Counted from the first letter of the stretch, positions 53,296-62,936 are shown. The stretch is DNA of 64,000 bases from Gammaproteobacteria bacterium (GCA_030595795.1 JAUVCH010000003.1:1173-65172), one strand, 5' to 3'. The notes: generated by a model from the letters alone, not told the origin. A program made the numbers and translations.

Positions 53296-55203
53296 ATGGG
53301 GGATAATAATATGGAACGCGAAAAATTATTTGAAGTTAAAGACCTGAGAATTAGCGCTACTAGTGACGAAGGTGTCGAAATTCCCATCGTCAAAGGTGTT
53401 TCATTTGATGTTCACAAAGGCGAGGTAGTCGCTCTGATCGGTGAATCCGGTTCCGGCAAGACCACTATTTCGCTGGCATCGCTGGCCTACACCAAACCCG
53501 GTTTGCATTTCGCCGGGGGTGAGGCATTGTTAAACGGCGAAGATGTATTGACCATGGCACCGCTGCGGCAGCGTGAAATTCGCGGTGCGAATGTCGCATA
53601 CCTGGCACAAAGCGCTGCGGCAACTTTTAACCCGGCGATTACCATCGGCGAACAGGTTACCGAGTCTGCAGTGTTACACGGCGTACTAAACCAGGAAGAA
53701 GCAACGAAGCGCGCGGTCGAACTCTACCACGCACTCGAATTGCCCGACGCCGATCGCATCGGCTTTCGTTATCCGCATCAGGTGTCCGGCGGTCAGTTGC
53801 AAAGATTGATGGCCGCGATGGCCTTATGCGGAAAGCCCGATTTAATGGTGCTCGACGAACCCACCACTGCACTGGATGTAACCACTCAAATCGAGGTATT
53901 GAAGGCCTTCAAAAAGGTTATCAAGGAACAGAATTCTGCGGCTATTTACGTCACCCATGACCTGGCCGTTGTAGCTCAAATCGCAGACCATATTGTAGTC
54001 TTGTATAGTGGCGAAGTGATGGAACAGGGCACGGTAGATGAAATTATCAACAATCCTCAACACGCCTATACCAAGCGTCTAATGGCTGCCGCGCGACCCA
54101 AGCCGACTGCTGGTATGGGTACTACAGTTGGCGATGAACACGACCGTGATGTCGATAATATCGAGGTTAAAAATATGACCGCCGGATACGGCGGGAATGA
54201 AAACGGCGAACCGAAAATCACAATTTTACGCGATATCAATGTCAGTGTTAAAAACGGGCACGTGGTCGGCGTTATCGGCGAATCTGGGTGCGGTAAATCG
54301 ACACTCGCCCGGGTAATGGCCGGTATGCTACCGCCTGCACGGGGAGATATTATTCTCGACGGTAAAAAACTCGAAGGCAGCCTGCTTGACCGAGATCTTT
54401 CTGAACTCGAGAAGGTTCAGTTTGTCTTTCAAATGGCAGACACCGCACTCAATCCGAAACAGATTATCAGCGACATTATCGGCAGACCACTGGAGTTTTA
54501 TCATGGCCTGAAAGGAAAGGAAAAACACGCAAAGGTCGCAGAAATCCTCGAACTGGTCGAATTACCTGCCGAATTTGCCAGCCGTTATCCAATGGAACTG
54601 TCCGGCGGTCAAAAGCAACGAATCAACATGGCACGGTCGCTCGCCGCTAACCCTGAAGTGATGCTTTGTGACGAAGTTACATCGGCACTCGATAGTATCG
54701 TTGGCGCCAATGTCATCAAACTATTGACGGGGCTACGCGATAAAACCGGGGTCTCATTTGTTTTCATTAGTCATGATCTGTCCACAGTGGCCTCTTTTGC
54801 CGATGAAATCGTCGTGCTTTATGCCGGACGCGTGGTCGAACAGGGTCCGACCGACGAAGTACTCGAACCACCATTCCATCCCTATACACGCCTGTTAATC
54901 AGTTCGGTACCAGAAATGCGTATCGGCTGGTTAGAAGACACAATGAAAAAGCGCGAGATGGCAGTGGGTATAGCCCGCGGAGTTGAAATTACCGCCGTTG
55001 GCTGCCCATTCTACAATCGCTGCCCAATGGCCATAGATGGCACCTGCGATACGGTGGTTCCTCCGATTCTAAGACTGAAAGGTGGGCATGAGATTAGCTG
55101 TCATCTCACCGAAGATCAGTTAAACGACGCAGAAACCGACACGCAAAAAATACTGCGTGGATATGAAAAGATCGGTGACAATGAGCAGATATTGCCAGCT
55201 TGA
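53296..55203 (+). CDS. Fused double ABC ATPase (GsiA/DppDF-like)
   Basis: 635 aa with two Walker A motifs (GESGSGKT, GESGCGKS), two signature motifs (VSGGQLQR, LSGGQKQR) and two Walker B motifs (MVLDEPT, MLCDEVT). Confidence 0.92.
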   Translation: MGDNNMEREKLFEVKDLRISATSDEGVEIPIVKGVSFDVHKGEVVALIGESGSGKTTISLASLAYTKPGLHFAGGEALLNGEDVLTMAPLRQREIRGANVAYLAQSAAATFNPAITIGEQVTESAVLHGVLNQEEATKRAVELYHALELPDADRIGFRYPHQVSGGQLQRLMAAMALCGKPDLMVLDEPTTALDVTTQIEVLKAFKKVIKEQNSAAIYVTHDLAVVAQIADHIVVLYSGEVMEQGTVDEIINNPQHAYTKRLMAAARPKPTAGMGTTVGDEHDRDVDNIEVKNMTAGYGGNENGEPKITILRDINVSVKNGHVVGVIGESGCGKSTLARVMAGMLPPARGDIILDGKKLEGSLLDRDLSELEKVQFVFQMADTALNPKQIISDIIGRPLEFYHGLKGKEKHAKVAEILELVELPAEFASRYPMELSGGQKQRINMARSLAANPEVMLCDEVTSALDSIVGANVIKLLTGLRDKTGVSFVFISHDLSTVASFADEIVVLYAGRVVEQGPTDEVLEPPFHPYTRLLISSVPEMRIGWLEDTMKKREMAVGIARGVEITAVGCPFYNRCPMAIDGTCDTVVPPILRLKGGHEISCHLTEDQLNDAETDTQKILRGYEKIGDNEQILPA

Positions 55204-55228
55204 TTAACTATTATTTGGATTAAACACG

Positions 55229-55612
55229 ATGAAAAATTATCCGCGTTTGAAAGAAATGGGGGTGCAACACCCTCAGCAAATAGAGAAATTTGCTATTTAT
55301 ACAACCGAAGAATTCGATATTCTCCGTATTGTTTACGAAAGAGAGAAGGGATCCTTACTACCGGTGAGCAGGAAGTATAAGTTTCAACGCGTGAAAAAAA
55401 CCGTAATGGTCGATAGCGGTACCCGGCAAACTGGAATGGTTTACGAAAGCAGCGGTGCTTTTCGCGAAGCTCTGCATGAACTGGAACAAATTGAAACAGC
55501 CCGAAGCGAGGGGGCGGATTTATCCGCTTTAATCACTGAGGAAATTCGGCTTATGGAAGAAGATATCAACTTGCGTACCGAATATATAAAATCTCTGGTC
55601 GCGAAAATTTAG
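55229..55612 (+). CDS. YaeH-like UPF0325 (DUF3461) protein
   Basis: 127 aa. It is collinear by eye with E. coli YaeH (LKxxGIxxPEEIxxYSL / LKEMGVQHPQQIEKFAI; KFKYPRQRKTV / KYKFQRVKKTV). Confidence 0.7.
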   Translation: MKNYPRLKEMGVQHPQQIEKFAIYTTEEFDILRIVYEREKGSLLPVSRKYKFQRVKKTVMVDSGTRQTGMVYESSGAFREALHELEQIETARSEGADLSALITEEIRLMEEDINLRTEYIKSLVAKI

Positions 55613-56889
55613 TCCCAGTTATCGTCTTCATCGGCTTCACTACTCGCATATTGTTGAATACTTTCGATCGCCGCACCCGACGGATGCACTGCCGTAGCCG
55701 TGCTTTTGCCCTGTTTGTCCAGGGGTATTGGAGCCCTGGCTGCCATTCGTACTATTCCAAATAAACCGATCAACAAATGCGCTGCAGCCATCGACCAGAA
55801 CAGATATTGATCGCCGAAATAATCCATAATGCTCGCTATCATCACCGGCCCAGCTACTGCACCCAGACCACCAACTAACACCAGGGCACCACTCGCAGCT
55901 ATCATTTGATTGGGATTTAAATGATCATTGGTATAAGCAATACAAACCGAATACAGTGGAAAAGCCATGCCTCCAAATAAACCCGCCGATACCAGTACGA
56001 ACAAGTTTGAGTACTGAACCGCATATACGCATAACACCGCCGCCATGGAAGTTAATAGCGACACGATGGTTAGAATAATCCGGCGATCAAACCAGTCAGA
56101 CAGGACGCCTATCGGCCACTGAAATATAACGGTACCAACCACCGCCGCGGTCATAAAATAAGATATGTTCTCGATATCTAGCCCAATACGCTGACCATAG
56201 ATTGGAGCGAGCGCGAAAAATGTCGCGGTAACCAGACCCACCACGAACATACCAAAGATACCTAGAGGTGAAATTCGAAAGAGTTCGCGCAAACTGATAT
56301 TAACCGACTCGTCAAAAGTAGGTGGTGAGCCTGCTGATAATAGTAATGGCACCACCGCGACTGAAATTAATACAGAAGTTAGAATAAACAGTGGAAAATC
56401 CGTCGGTGCCGCCAGGTTTAGCATCAACTGCCCTGCTCCGACGCCGATATATGTCACCACCATATAAAGCGACAATAGTTTGCCACGGGTTTCATTGCTA
56501 GCACGATCATTCAACCAGCTCTCGGCGACGATATACAAACCGGCGAAGCAAAACCCGCTGAGTAAGCGTAGGGCAATCCAGACATATACATTGACATAAA
56601 GTGCATGTACCAGGATGGATGCTGACGCCAGCGCGGCCAGGGCAGCAAACACCCGTATATGCCCTACTTTTGCTGTAATCCTGGGACATAATAACGAGCC
56701 CAGTAAAAATCCGCCGTAAAATGCCGACATGATTAAACCGGTTATGGTTGCCGAAAAACCTTCGATATTGGCTCGAACGGCAAGCAAGGTACCCTGTAAA
56801 CCATCGCCAAGCATCAATACGCCAAAGCCGAGTAATAATGCCCACGACGATAATAAAGCTGAACCAAAAGTAGAACTTTGACTTTTCAT
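55609..56889 (-). CDS. MFS transporter (YcaD-like subgroup), co-transcribed with the TetR gene
   Basis: The start is taken at MKSQSSTFG (ATG 56887-56889), which overlaps the TetR stop (ATGA). It has 12 TM helices. Confidence 0.85.
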   Translation of the reverse strand: MKSQSSTFGSALLSSWALLLGFGVLMLGDGLQGTLLAVRANIEGFSATITGLIMSAFYGGFLLGSLLCPRITAKVGHIRVFAALAALASASILVHALYVNVYVWIALRLLSGFCFAGLYIVAESWLNDRASNETRGKLLSLYMVVTYIGVGAGQLMLNLAAPTDFPLFILTSVLISVAVVPLLLSAGSPPTFDESVNISLRELFRISPLGIFGMFVVGLVTATFFALAPIYGQRIGLDIENISYFMTAAVVGTVIFQWPIGVLSDWFDRRIILTIVSLLTSMAAVLCVYAVQYSNLFVLVSAGLFGGMAFPLYSVCIAYTNDHLNPNQMIAASGALVLVGGLGAVAGPVMIASIMDYFGDQYLFWSMAAAHLLIGLFGIVRMAARAPIPLDKQGKSTATAVHPSGAAIESIQQYASSEADEDDNWD

Positions 56890-57491
56890 TTTGACGCAAT
56901 TTCCCCCAATTGTGTTGTCAGAAATTGATAGCAATCGTTTCTCGCGGCATCCAGCGAAAAACTATTCGAGTGCAAACAATACTCTAACCAGAGGCCATCG
57001 ATCAATGCTATCAACTGACGGGCAACTGTATCCGCATCGATATTAATACTTTTTGCTTTAGCAAGCTCATCGACTGAATGAACCAGATTATTTTTATATA
57101 TCTGATACCGGCTCTCGTGTAATTGCCTCAATTCAGTATGCGTTGCTACCTCCCCCCAAATTGCCAGCCAGGCGCGTAAATTGGACTTCTCAAAACTATT
57201 TTGATCAAAGCTTCTTTCGATCAAACCAACAATGTGTTGCTGAGCACTCGCATTATTATCAATCTCTACCAAATGGGCTGTCATCTGGTCATAAATGCAC
57301 AGCAAAAATTCATCTTTTGACTTGAAATGATGATTAATCAGACCTCGAGACACATTTGCCTGCTTACAGATCTTGTCAATCGTAAAATTCGAAATACCAC
57401 CCTCGCCCAGGCATCGAATACCTGCAGCAATCAAATCCTGCCGTCGACTATGCGAATTTTTACGCCTATATTTAACTTCATTTTTCATCAT
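56886..57491 (-). CDS. TetR/AcrR-family repressor (BetI-like)
   Basis: The start is taken at MMKNEVKYRRK (ATG 57489-57491). The HTH is FTIDKICKQANVSRGLINHHFKSKDEF. The 118 upstream codons of the ORF overlap the divergent gene and look non-coding. Confidence 0.85.
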   Translation of the reverse strand: MMKNEVKYRRKNSHSRRQDLIAAGIRCLGEGGISNFTIDKICKQANVSRGLINHHFKSKDEFLLCIYDQMTAHLVEIDNNASAQQHIVGLIERSFDQNSFEKSNLRAWLAIWGEVATHTELRQLHESRYQIYKNNLVHSVDELAKAKSINIDADTVARQLIALIDGLWLEYCLHSNSFSLDAARNDCYQFLTTQLGEIASK

Positions 57492-57510
57492 TGCAATATA
57501 ATATTCCTTG

Positions 57511-57526
57511 TTGTACGATCGTTCAA
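57511..57526. promoter_or_regulatory. Candidate TetR operator: near-perfect 16-bp palindrome in the divergent promoter region
   Basis: TTGTACGATCGTTCAA is symmetric in 14 of 16 positions (TTGnACGATCGTnCAA). It lies 20 nt upstream of the TetR start and 29 nt upstream of the flavoprotein GTG. Confidence 0.45.
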
Positions 57527-57554
57527 CTAAATATGCCGTGACGAGATAAACCCC

Positions 57555-59582
57555 GTGCCACGAAACCCGCAATACGACATCCTGTTTGAGCCCGTAAAAA
57601 TAGGCCCGGTGACCGCGCCCAATCGGTTTTATCAGACCCCGCACGCGACCGGCATGGGTAATAAGCGACCCAATAGCTCGGCAACTCTGCGCGGTATCAA
57701 GGCCGAAGGTGGCTGGGGAGTGGTCTGCACGGAGTATTGTTCCATCCACCCCAGTGCGGACGAAGCGCCCTATGCATTCCTGACTCTTTGGGACGATGAC
57801 GACGCTAAAGAATTGTCGATCACCTGTGACGCGATTCATGCGCACGGTGCTTTGGCCGGCATCGAGTTATGGCACGGTGGGTTTCACGCCAGCAACCGTG
57901 AAACCCGAGATGTAAGTATCGCACCCAGTGCCTGCTCCCCCGAGTTCGTCGAGCCTGGACACGTCCGTGCCATGGATTTACAGGATATTCTCTACTATCG
58001 AGAATGGCACAAAGCGGCAGCCATCAGGGCTATGAATGCAGGATTCGATATCATTTACGTCTATGCCGGGCATGAGTATCTGCCCTTTCAGTTTCTTTCT
58101 CCTCGTTTCAACCATAGAACCGATGAATACGGCGGTTCGCTCGAAAACCGAATGCGTTTGCTACGTGAACTCATCGAAGATACCAAATCAGCGGTCGGTC
58201 ATAAATGTGCAGTAGCGGTGCGGCTGGCGGTTGACGAGTTGCATGGCGAAGTCGGTATTACCAGCGAAGGCGAAGGCCGACAAATTGTCGAAGCACTAGC
58301 CGAGCTACCCGATCTATGGGATCTGGCGCTCGGTGGCAGCCTCGGTAACGATTCCTGTAGCTCAAGGTTTTCAACCGAAGGCTATCAGGAGCAATACGCC
58401 GGTTTCGTCAAAAGCGTATCCAGTAAACCAGTAGTCAGCGTCGGACGGTTTACCTCGCCGGATACTATGGTTGGTCAAATCAAACGGGGCATACAGGATT
58501 TCATCGGTGCGGCTCGACCATCAATCGCCGATCCTTTTCTGCCCAACAAAATCAAGAATGGGCGTGAAGATGAGATACGCGAATGCATCGGTTGCAATAT
58601 CTGCCGCGCAGCAAATAACGAAGGTGTACCGCTACGTTGCACACAAAACCCAACCATGGGCGAAGAATGGAGACGCGGCTGGCATCCGGATAAAATTCAA
58701 CCAGCTAAGAGCGATGATAGTTTTCTGATAGTTGGAGGCGGCCCCTCAGGACTCGAAGCAGCGCTTGCGCTTGGTCAAAGGGGTTATCAGGTGACGCTGG
58801 CCGAAGCCAGTAGCGAATTAGGTGGTCGAGTGGTCAACGAGTCCACCCTACCCGGCCTGCAGAACTGGATCCGTGTGCGTGATTACCGCCGCCACATGAT
58901 TAGTCAGATGGACAATGTATCGGTTTATCTGCAAAGCGAACTTGGTGCGGAGGAAATAATGGAATTCGAGTCCGATCAAATTGTTATTGCCACCGGTAGT
59001 GAATGGCGACGCGACGGAATCGGTAGCAACCTTCGTACTGCACTACCAATACCAGATAATAATATTTTCACTCCTGATGATATTTTTAATGGCGCTGAAC
59101 TTCAGGGCGATATCCTAATTTACGATGACGATCACTATTTCATGGCGGGTGCTTTAGCCGAAAGATATCTTAACAAAGGCTATTCTGTTACCTATCTTAC
59201 CCCCGCGACCTGTGTTTCAAGCTGGACAACAATGACCAATGAACAGACGTTTATTCAGACTAAATTATTGTTGATGGGTTTGAAGACTATCTTTGGCCAG
59301 ATATTAACCCAGGTTGACGAAGGCAATTTAACCAGTCACTGCCCCTATACCAGCCAGACCACCGATCACCCTTTTGATAACTTGCTTTTAATCACTTCAA
59401 GACAATCAAAAGACAATCTGTTCCATCAGTTAAACCAGAACTACGTCACCCGCATTGGCGACTGCCGAGTACCGTCGAGTATTGCCGATGCGGTTTATAG
59501 CGGGCATAAATTCGCACGTGAATTCGGTAAAGACCCGGCCAATCTAATACTGAAGCGTGAAAGAGCCATCATTCAGGAATGA
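57555..59582 (+). CDS. Trimethylamine/dimethylamine/histamine dehydrogenase-family FMN/[4Fe-4S]/ADP flavoprotein
   Basis: 675 aa with a GTG start. It is collinear with TMADH as I recall it (DILFEPVKIGP..NRFYQTPH, AEGGWG...TEYCSI, ARPSIADPFLPNKI, CIGCNICRAANNEGVPLRCTQN, GEEWRRGWHP, IVGGGPSGLEAA). Confidence 0.9.
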   Translation: MPRNPQYDILFEPVKIGPVTAPNRFYQTPHATGMGNKRPNSSATLRGIKAEGGWGVVCTEYCSIHPSADEAPYAFLTLWDDDDAKELSITCDAIHAHGALAGIELWHGGFHASNRETRDVSIAPSACSPEFVEPGHVRAMDLQDILYYREWHKAAAIRAMNAGFDIIYVYAGHEYLPFQFLSPRFNHRTDEYGGSLENRMRLLRELIEDTKSAVGHKCAVAVRLAVDELHGEVGITSEGEGRQIVEALAELPDLWDLALGGSLGNDSCSSRFSTEGYQEQYAGFVKSVSSKPVVSVGRFTSPDTMVGQIKRGIQDFIGAARPSIADPFLPNKIKNGREDEIRECIGCNICRAANNEGVPLRCTQNPTMGEEWRRGWHPDKIQPAKSDDSFLIVGGGPSGLEAALALGQRGYQVTLAEASSELGGRVVNESTLPGLQNWIRVRDYRRHMISQMDNVSVYLQSELGAEEIMEFESDQIVIATGSEWRRDGIGSNLRTALPIPDNNIFTPDDIFNGAELQGDILIYDDDHYFMAGALAERYLNKGYSVTYLTPATCVSSWTTMTNEQTFIQTKLLLMGLKTIFGQILTQVDEGNLTSHCPYTSQTTDHPFDNLLLITSRQSKDNLFHQLNQNYVTRIGDCRVPSSIADAVYSGHKFAREFGKDPANLILKRERAIIQE

Positions 59583-59586
59583 GACC

Positions 59587-61086
59587 ATGAGCAGACGAAA
59601 TAAACGTCGTGTCGGTGCGCTGACACAACCACCCTGGCAACCAATTCAATACCAACAGGCCCCAATCAACCTGTTAAGCGAAGATGCGATCGAGCAAATT
59701 CACCAGACCGCTTTGTCGATCCTGCAGGAAGTCGGCATGGCGATTCTGTCACCTAAGGCCCGAGAAAAATTCGCCACCGCCGGATTCGATGTAGACGACA
59801 ATGTCGAACTCATCCGATTTGACAAAACACTCCTCGAATCCCTGGTCGCTAAAGCTCCGTCGTCGTTTACCTTACATGCACGCAACCCGGCAAAGAACAT
59901 TAAGATTGGTGACGGCCATGCGGCATTTTGTTCGGTCGGTGGGCCCGCCTATGTCATGGATATGGACAAGGGGCGTCGCAATGGAACCTATGCCGAAATG
60001 TGCGATTTCATCCGCGTGGTACAAAGTCTGGATATTTTGCATCAGGAAGGTGGAGGTGGCTTCGAAGCGATGGATATGCCCGCCGAGAGTCGGCATCTGG
60101 ATTTGTACTACGCACAATGCACCTTGCTGGATAAAACATGGGTTCCCTGGACCATTGGGCACCAACAGGCGATGGACGCGATTGAAATGGCGGCGATTGC
60201 GTTTCAGTGTTCGACCGAGGCGTTAATCGAAAAGCCCGTCTTCCACTGCATTGTCAACACCAACTCACCTTTGCAACTGGATATACCCATGGCCGATGGT
60301 TTAATCGCGATGGCAGAATACGGCCAGGCGATTACGGTTACACCTTTCACCCTCTCTGGTGCGATGGCGCCGATAACGATTGCCGGAGCGCTTGCTCAAC
60401 AACACGCAGAAGCCGTGGTCGGTATCGCGTTGGCGCAAATAATACGTCCCGGCAATCCCGTCATATACGGTGGCTTTACTTCAAACGTCGATATGAAAAC
60501 TGGCTCCCCCGCCTTCGGTACACCGGAAGCTGTGCAGGCAGCGCAGGCTTCGGGACAACTGGCGCGTCGTCTCGGGGTGCCATTTCGATCCAGTAATGTC
60601 ACCGCTGCGAACTGCGTCGATGCACAGGCCGCTTATGAAAGTAGCATGTCGTTATGGGGCGCAATCACCGGTCAGGCGAATTTAATCAAGCACGCCGCTG
60701 GCTGGATGCACGGTGGATTAACCGCCTCTTTCGAGAAACTAATCATCGACGCCGAAATGTTGCAAATGATGGCGGCAACCATAAGGCCTTTCGAGGTAAA
60801 CGAAGACACACTGGCGCTTGAGGCGGTGCGAGATGTCGGCCCAGCCGGACACTTCTTTGGTACCGAGCACACCATGTCGCGCTATCAGCAGGCTTTTTAT
60901 TCGCCACTGGTATCGAACTGGGATAACTACGAAACCTGGCAGGAGCGTGGTTCCATTACCAGCGAGCAACGGGCGAATCAAATCTGGAAACAGTTATTAC
61001 AGGAGTACCAGCAACCCGCCACCGACCCGGCGGTTGATGAAGCCTTGCAGGATTATGTCCGAAAAAGAAAAGACCTTATCAGTTAA
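59587..61086 (+). CDS. MttB-superfamily methyltransferase, non-pyrrolysine type
   Basis: 499 aa starting at ATG 59587, 4 nt after the upstream stop. MttB-like blocks are present (LSEDAIEQIHQTALSILQEVGM, PFTLSGAMAPITIAGALAQQHAE, GHFFGTEHTM). The ORF is uninterrupted, with no in-frame TAG. Confidence 0.85.
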   Translation: MSRRNKRRVGALTQPPWQPIQYQQAPINLLSEDAIEQIHQTALSILQEVGMAILSPKAREKFATAGFDVDDNVELIRFDKTLLESLVAKAPSSFTLHARNPAKNIKIGDGHAAFCSVGGPAYVMDMDKGRRNGTYAEMCDFIRVVQSLDILHQEGGGGFEAMDMPAESRHLDLYYAQCTLLDKTWVPWTIGHQQAMDAIEMAAIAFQCSTEALIEKPVFHCIVNTNSPLQLDIPMADGLIAMAEYGQAITVTPFTLSGAMAPITIAGALAQQHAEAVVGIALAQIIRPGNPVIYGGFTSNVDMKTGSPAFGTPEAVQAAQASGQLARRLGVPFRSSNVTAANCVDAQAAYESSMSLWGAITGQANLIKHAAGWMHGGLTASFEKLIIDAEMLQMMAATIRPFEVNEDTLALEAVRDVGPAGHFFGTEHTMSRYQQAFYSPLVSNWDNYETWQERGSITSEQRANQIWKQLLQEYQQPATDPAVDEALQDYVRKRKDLIS

Positions 61087-61289
61087 AGCTCAAGATTTTT
61101 AATTGCCGACGTCTACTTAACCATATGAGACATACAAATTGATACAAATTGATTTTGTTATTGCAAACGTGTTAAAACATATAGGCGGCATGTTATATAA
61201 CAAGTGCATAAAAGCACGGCAACATTAGCTACCATGAGGGACTTCCAGCACGGAATGACAATTAAAAACACAATTTGAGGATTAATATC

Positions 61290-62891
61290 GTGGATATCAA
61301 AGATTTGGAAAAAGCGGCCGTCGAGGGGAAACTTGATCGTCGTGAATTTATAAAACGCGCAACAGCCCTTGGTCTTGCGGCTCCTTTTGCTACTAGCTTA
61401 TTAACGCAATCTGTACATGCGGGCATGACACCCAAGAAAGGTGGTAAATTCACCTTTGGCAGTAGTCACGGCTCGACCACCGACTCGCTCGACCCCGGCA
61501 CGCACGAAAATGGATTCGCTACAAATCTGGTTTTTGCCTATGCCAATCACCTGTTCGAAGTAGACAATACTGGGAAGCTTATTCCTGAACTGGCAGAAAG
61601 TTTCGAAGCCAGCAAGGATGCCAAAACCTGGGTTATCAAACTGCGCAAGGGTGTTGAATTCCACAACGGCAAGCCAATGACCGCCGACGATGTTATTGCG
61701 GCGATGAACCATCACCGTGGCGAAGACACCAAATCCGCTGTCAAATCACTGCTTAGTGCCGTTACCGAAATAAAGAAGACCGGCTCACACGAAGTCACCT
61801 TCACACTTAATGCAGGTAATGCCGACTTTCCATTTATTTTGAGTGACTACCACCTGGCTATATTACCGGCATTCGAAGGTAAGATGGACTGGCAAGCGGG
61901 CTTCGGCACCGGTGGTTATATTATCGATCGCTTTGAGCCGGGTGTTCGCGCGACATTCAAACGCAACCCCAACTACTTCAAGTCAGGTCGAGCGCATTTC
62001 GACGAAGTTGAAATGGTCTCCTTGGGCGACACCACTGCACGTCAGAGTGCGGTAATGAACCAGGAGGTTGACGCGATTTACCGGGTTGATCCGAAAACGG
62101 TTCACCTGCTCGGACGTAACCCTAACCTGTCGATCCTGGAGGTCACAGGGACCCTGCATTACACCTTTCCGATGCGGGTCGATCAGGCGCCATTTGATAA
62201 CTACGATCTGCGTATGGCAGTCAAGCTATCGGTTGATCGAGAGGCATTAGTAAATAAGATTCTGCTCGGACATGGCGCCATTGGTAACGATCACCCGATT
62301 TCAACCTCGCAACCCTTCCATAACGGAGAAATGACACAACGCAAGTATGATCCTGACAAAGCCAGGCATCATCTGAAAAAATCTGGCTTTTCGGGCACGC
62401 TGGATCTTAGTACCTCTGATGCTGCTTTCGCCGGCGCGGTTGACGCCTCTCTGTTGATTAAGGATTCAGCAGCCAAAGCAGGCCTTGATATCAATGTGGT
62501 TCGCGAGCCCAAAGATGGTTACTGGTCAAACGTCTGGAACAAGAAAGCCTGGTGTGCTTGCTACTGGGGTGGTAGACCGACCGTAGACTGGATGTTCGCT
62601 GCCGCTTACATGAACGATGGCAAATGGAATGACACTGCCTGGAAGACCGGCCCTGCGGCTGACCGGTTCAACAAGATTGTTCTTGAAGCGCGTTCTGAAC
62701 TCGATACCAATAAACGTCGCGCTATGTACTACGAAGCTCAGGTACTCGTAAATGACGACGGCGGTGCGTTGATTCCAATGTTTGCCAACCACATCCATGC
62801 CGTCAGTAAAAAGATTGGCCACGATGGACAAGTCGCGGGCAATTGGGAAATGGACGGTAGCAAGGCAATCGAACGCTGGTGGTTCGCTTAA
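61290..62891 (+). CDS. ABC transporter substrate-binding protein, family 5, twin-arginine-like leader
   Basis: The GTG at 61290 is preceded by GAGGA; the ORF is open from TTG 61275. The leader is DRREFIKRATALGLAAPFATSLLTQSVHA, and family-5 blocks are present (WVIKLRKGVEFHNGKPMTADDV, NPNYF). Confidence 0.88.
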   Translation: MDIKDLEKAAVEGKLDRREFIKRATALGLAAPFATSLLTQSVHAGMTPKKGGKFTFGSSHGSTTDSLDPGTHENGFATNLVFAYANHLFEVDNTGKLIPELAESFEASKDAKTWVIKLRKGVEFHNGKPMTADDVIAAMNHHRGEDTKSAVKSLLSAVTEIKKTGSHEVTFTLNAGNADFPFILSDYHLAILPAFEGKMDWQAGFGTGGYIIDRFEPGVRATFKRNPNYFKSGRAHFDEVEMVSLGDTTARQSAVMNQEVDAIYRVDPKTVHLLGRNPNLSILEVTGTLHYTFPMRVDQAPFDNYDLRMAVKLSVDREALVNKILLGHGAIGNDHPISTSQPFHNGEMTQRKYDPDKARHHLKKSGFSGTLDLSTSDAAFAGAVDASLLIKDSAAKAGLDINVVREPKDGYWSNVWNKKAWCACYWGGRPTVDWMFAAAYMNDGKWNDTAWKTGPAADRFNKIVLEARSELDTNKRRAMYYEAQVLVNDDGGALIPMFANHIHAVSKKIGHDGQVAGNWEMDGSKAIERWWFA

Positions 62892-62908
62892 TCCACTTGC
62901 TGTAAAAA

Positions 62909-62936
62909 GAGGTAATGGGCTTCGGCTCATTACCTC
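62909..62936 (+). terminator. Stem-loop with a UUCG tetraloop downstream of the binding-protein gene (stabiliser/partial terminator; no T-tract)
   Basis: GAGGTAATGGGC-TTCG-GCTCATTACCTC forms a 12-bp stem including one G-U pair. It is followed by GGTATTAAAAAA, so it is not a canonical intrinsic terminator. Confidence 0.4.

Noticed and set aside
59587-61086. A pyrrolysine-encoding trimethylamine methyltransferase (a true MttB).
   Set aside because: The ORF is continuous with no in-frame TAG, no pyl genes are in the window, and the organism looks like an aerobic gammaproteobacterium.
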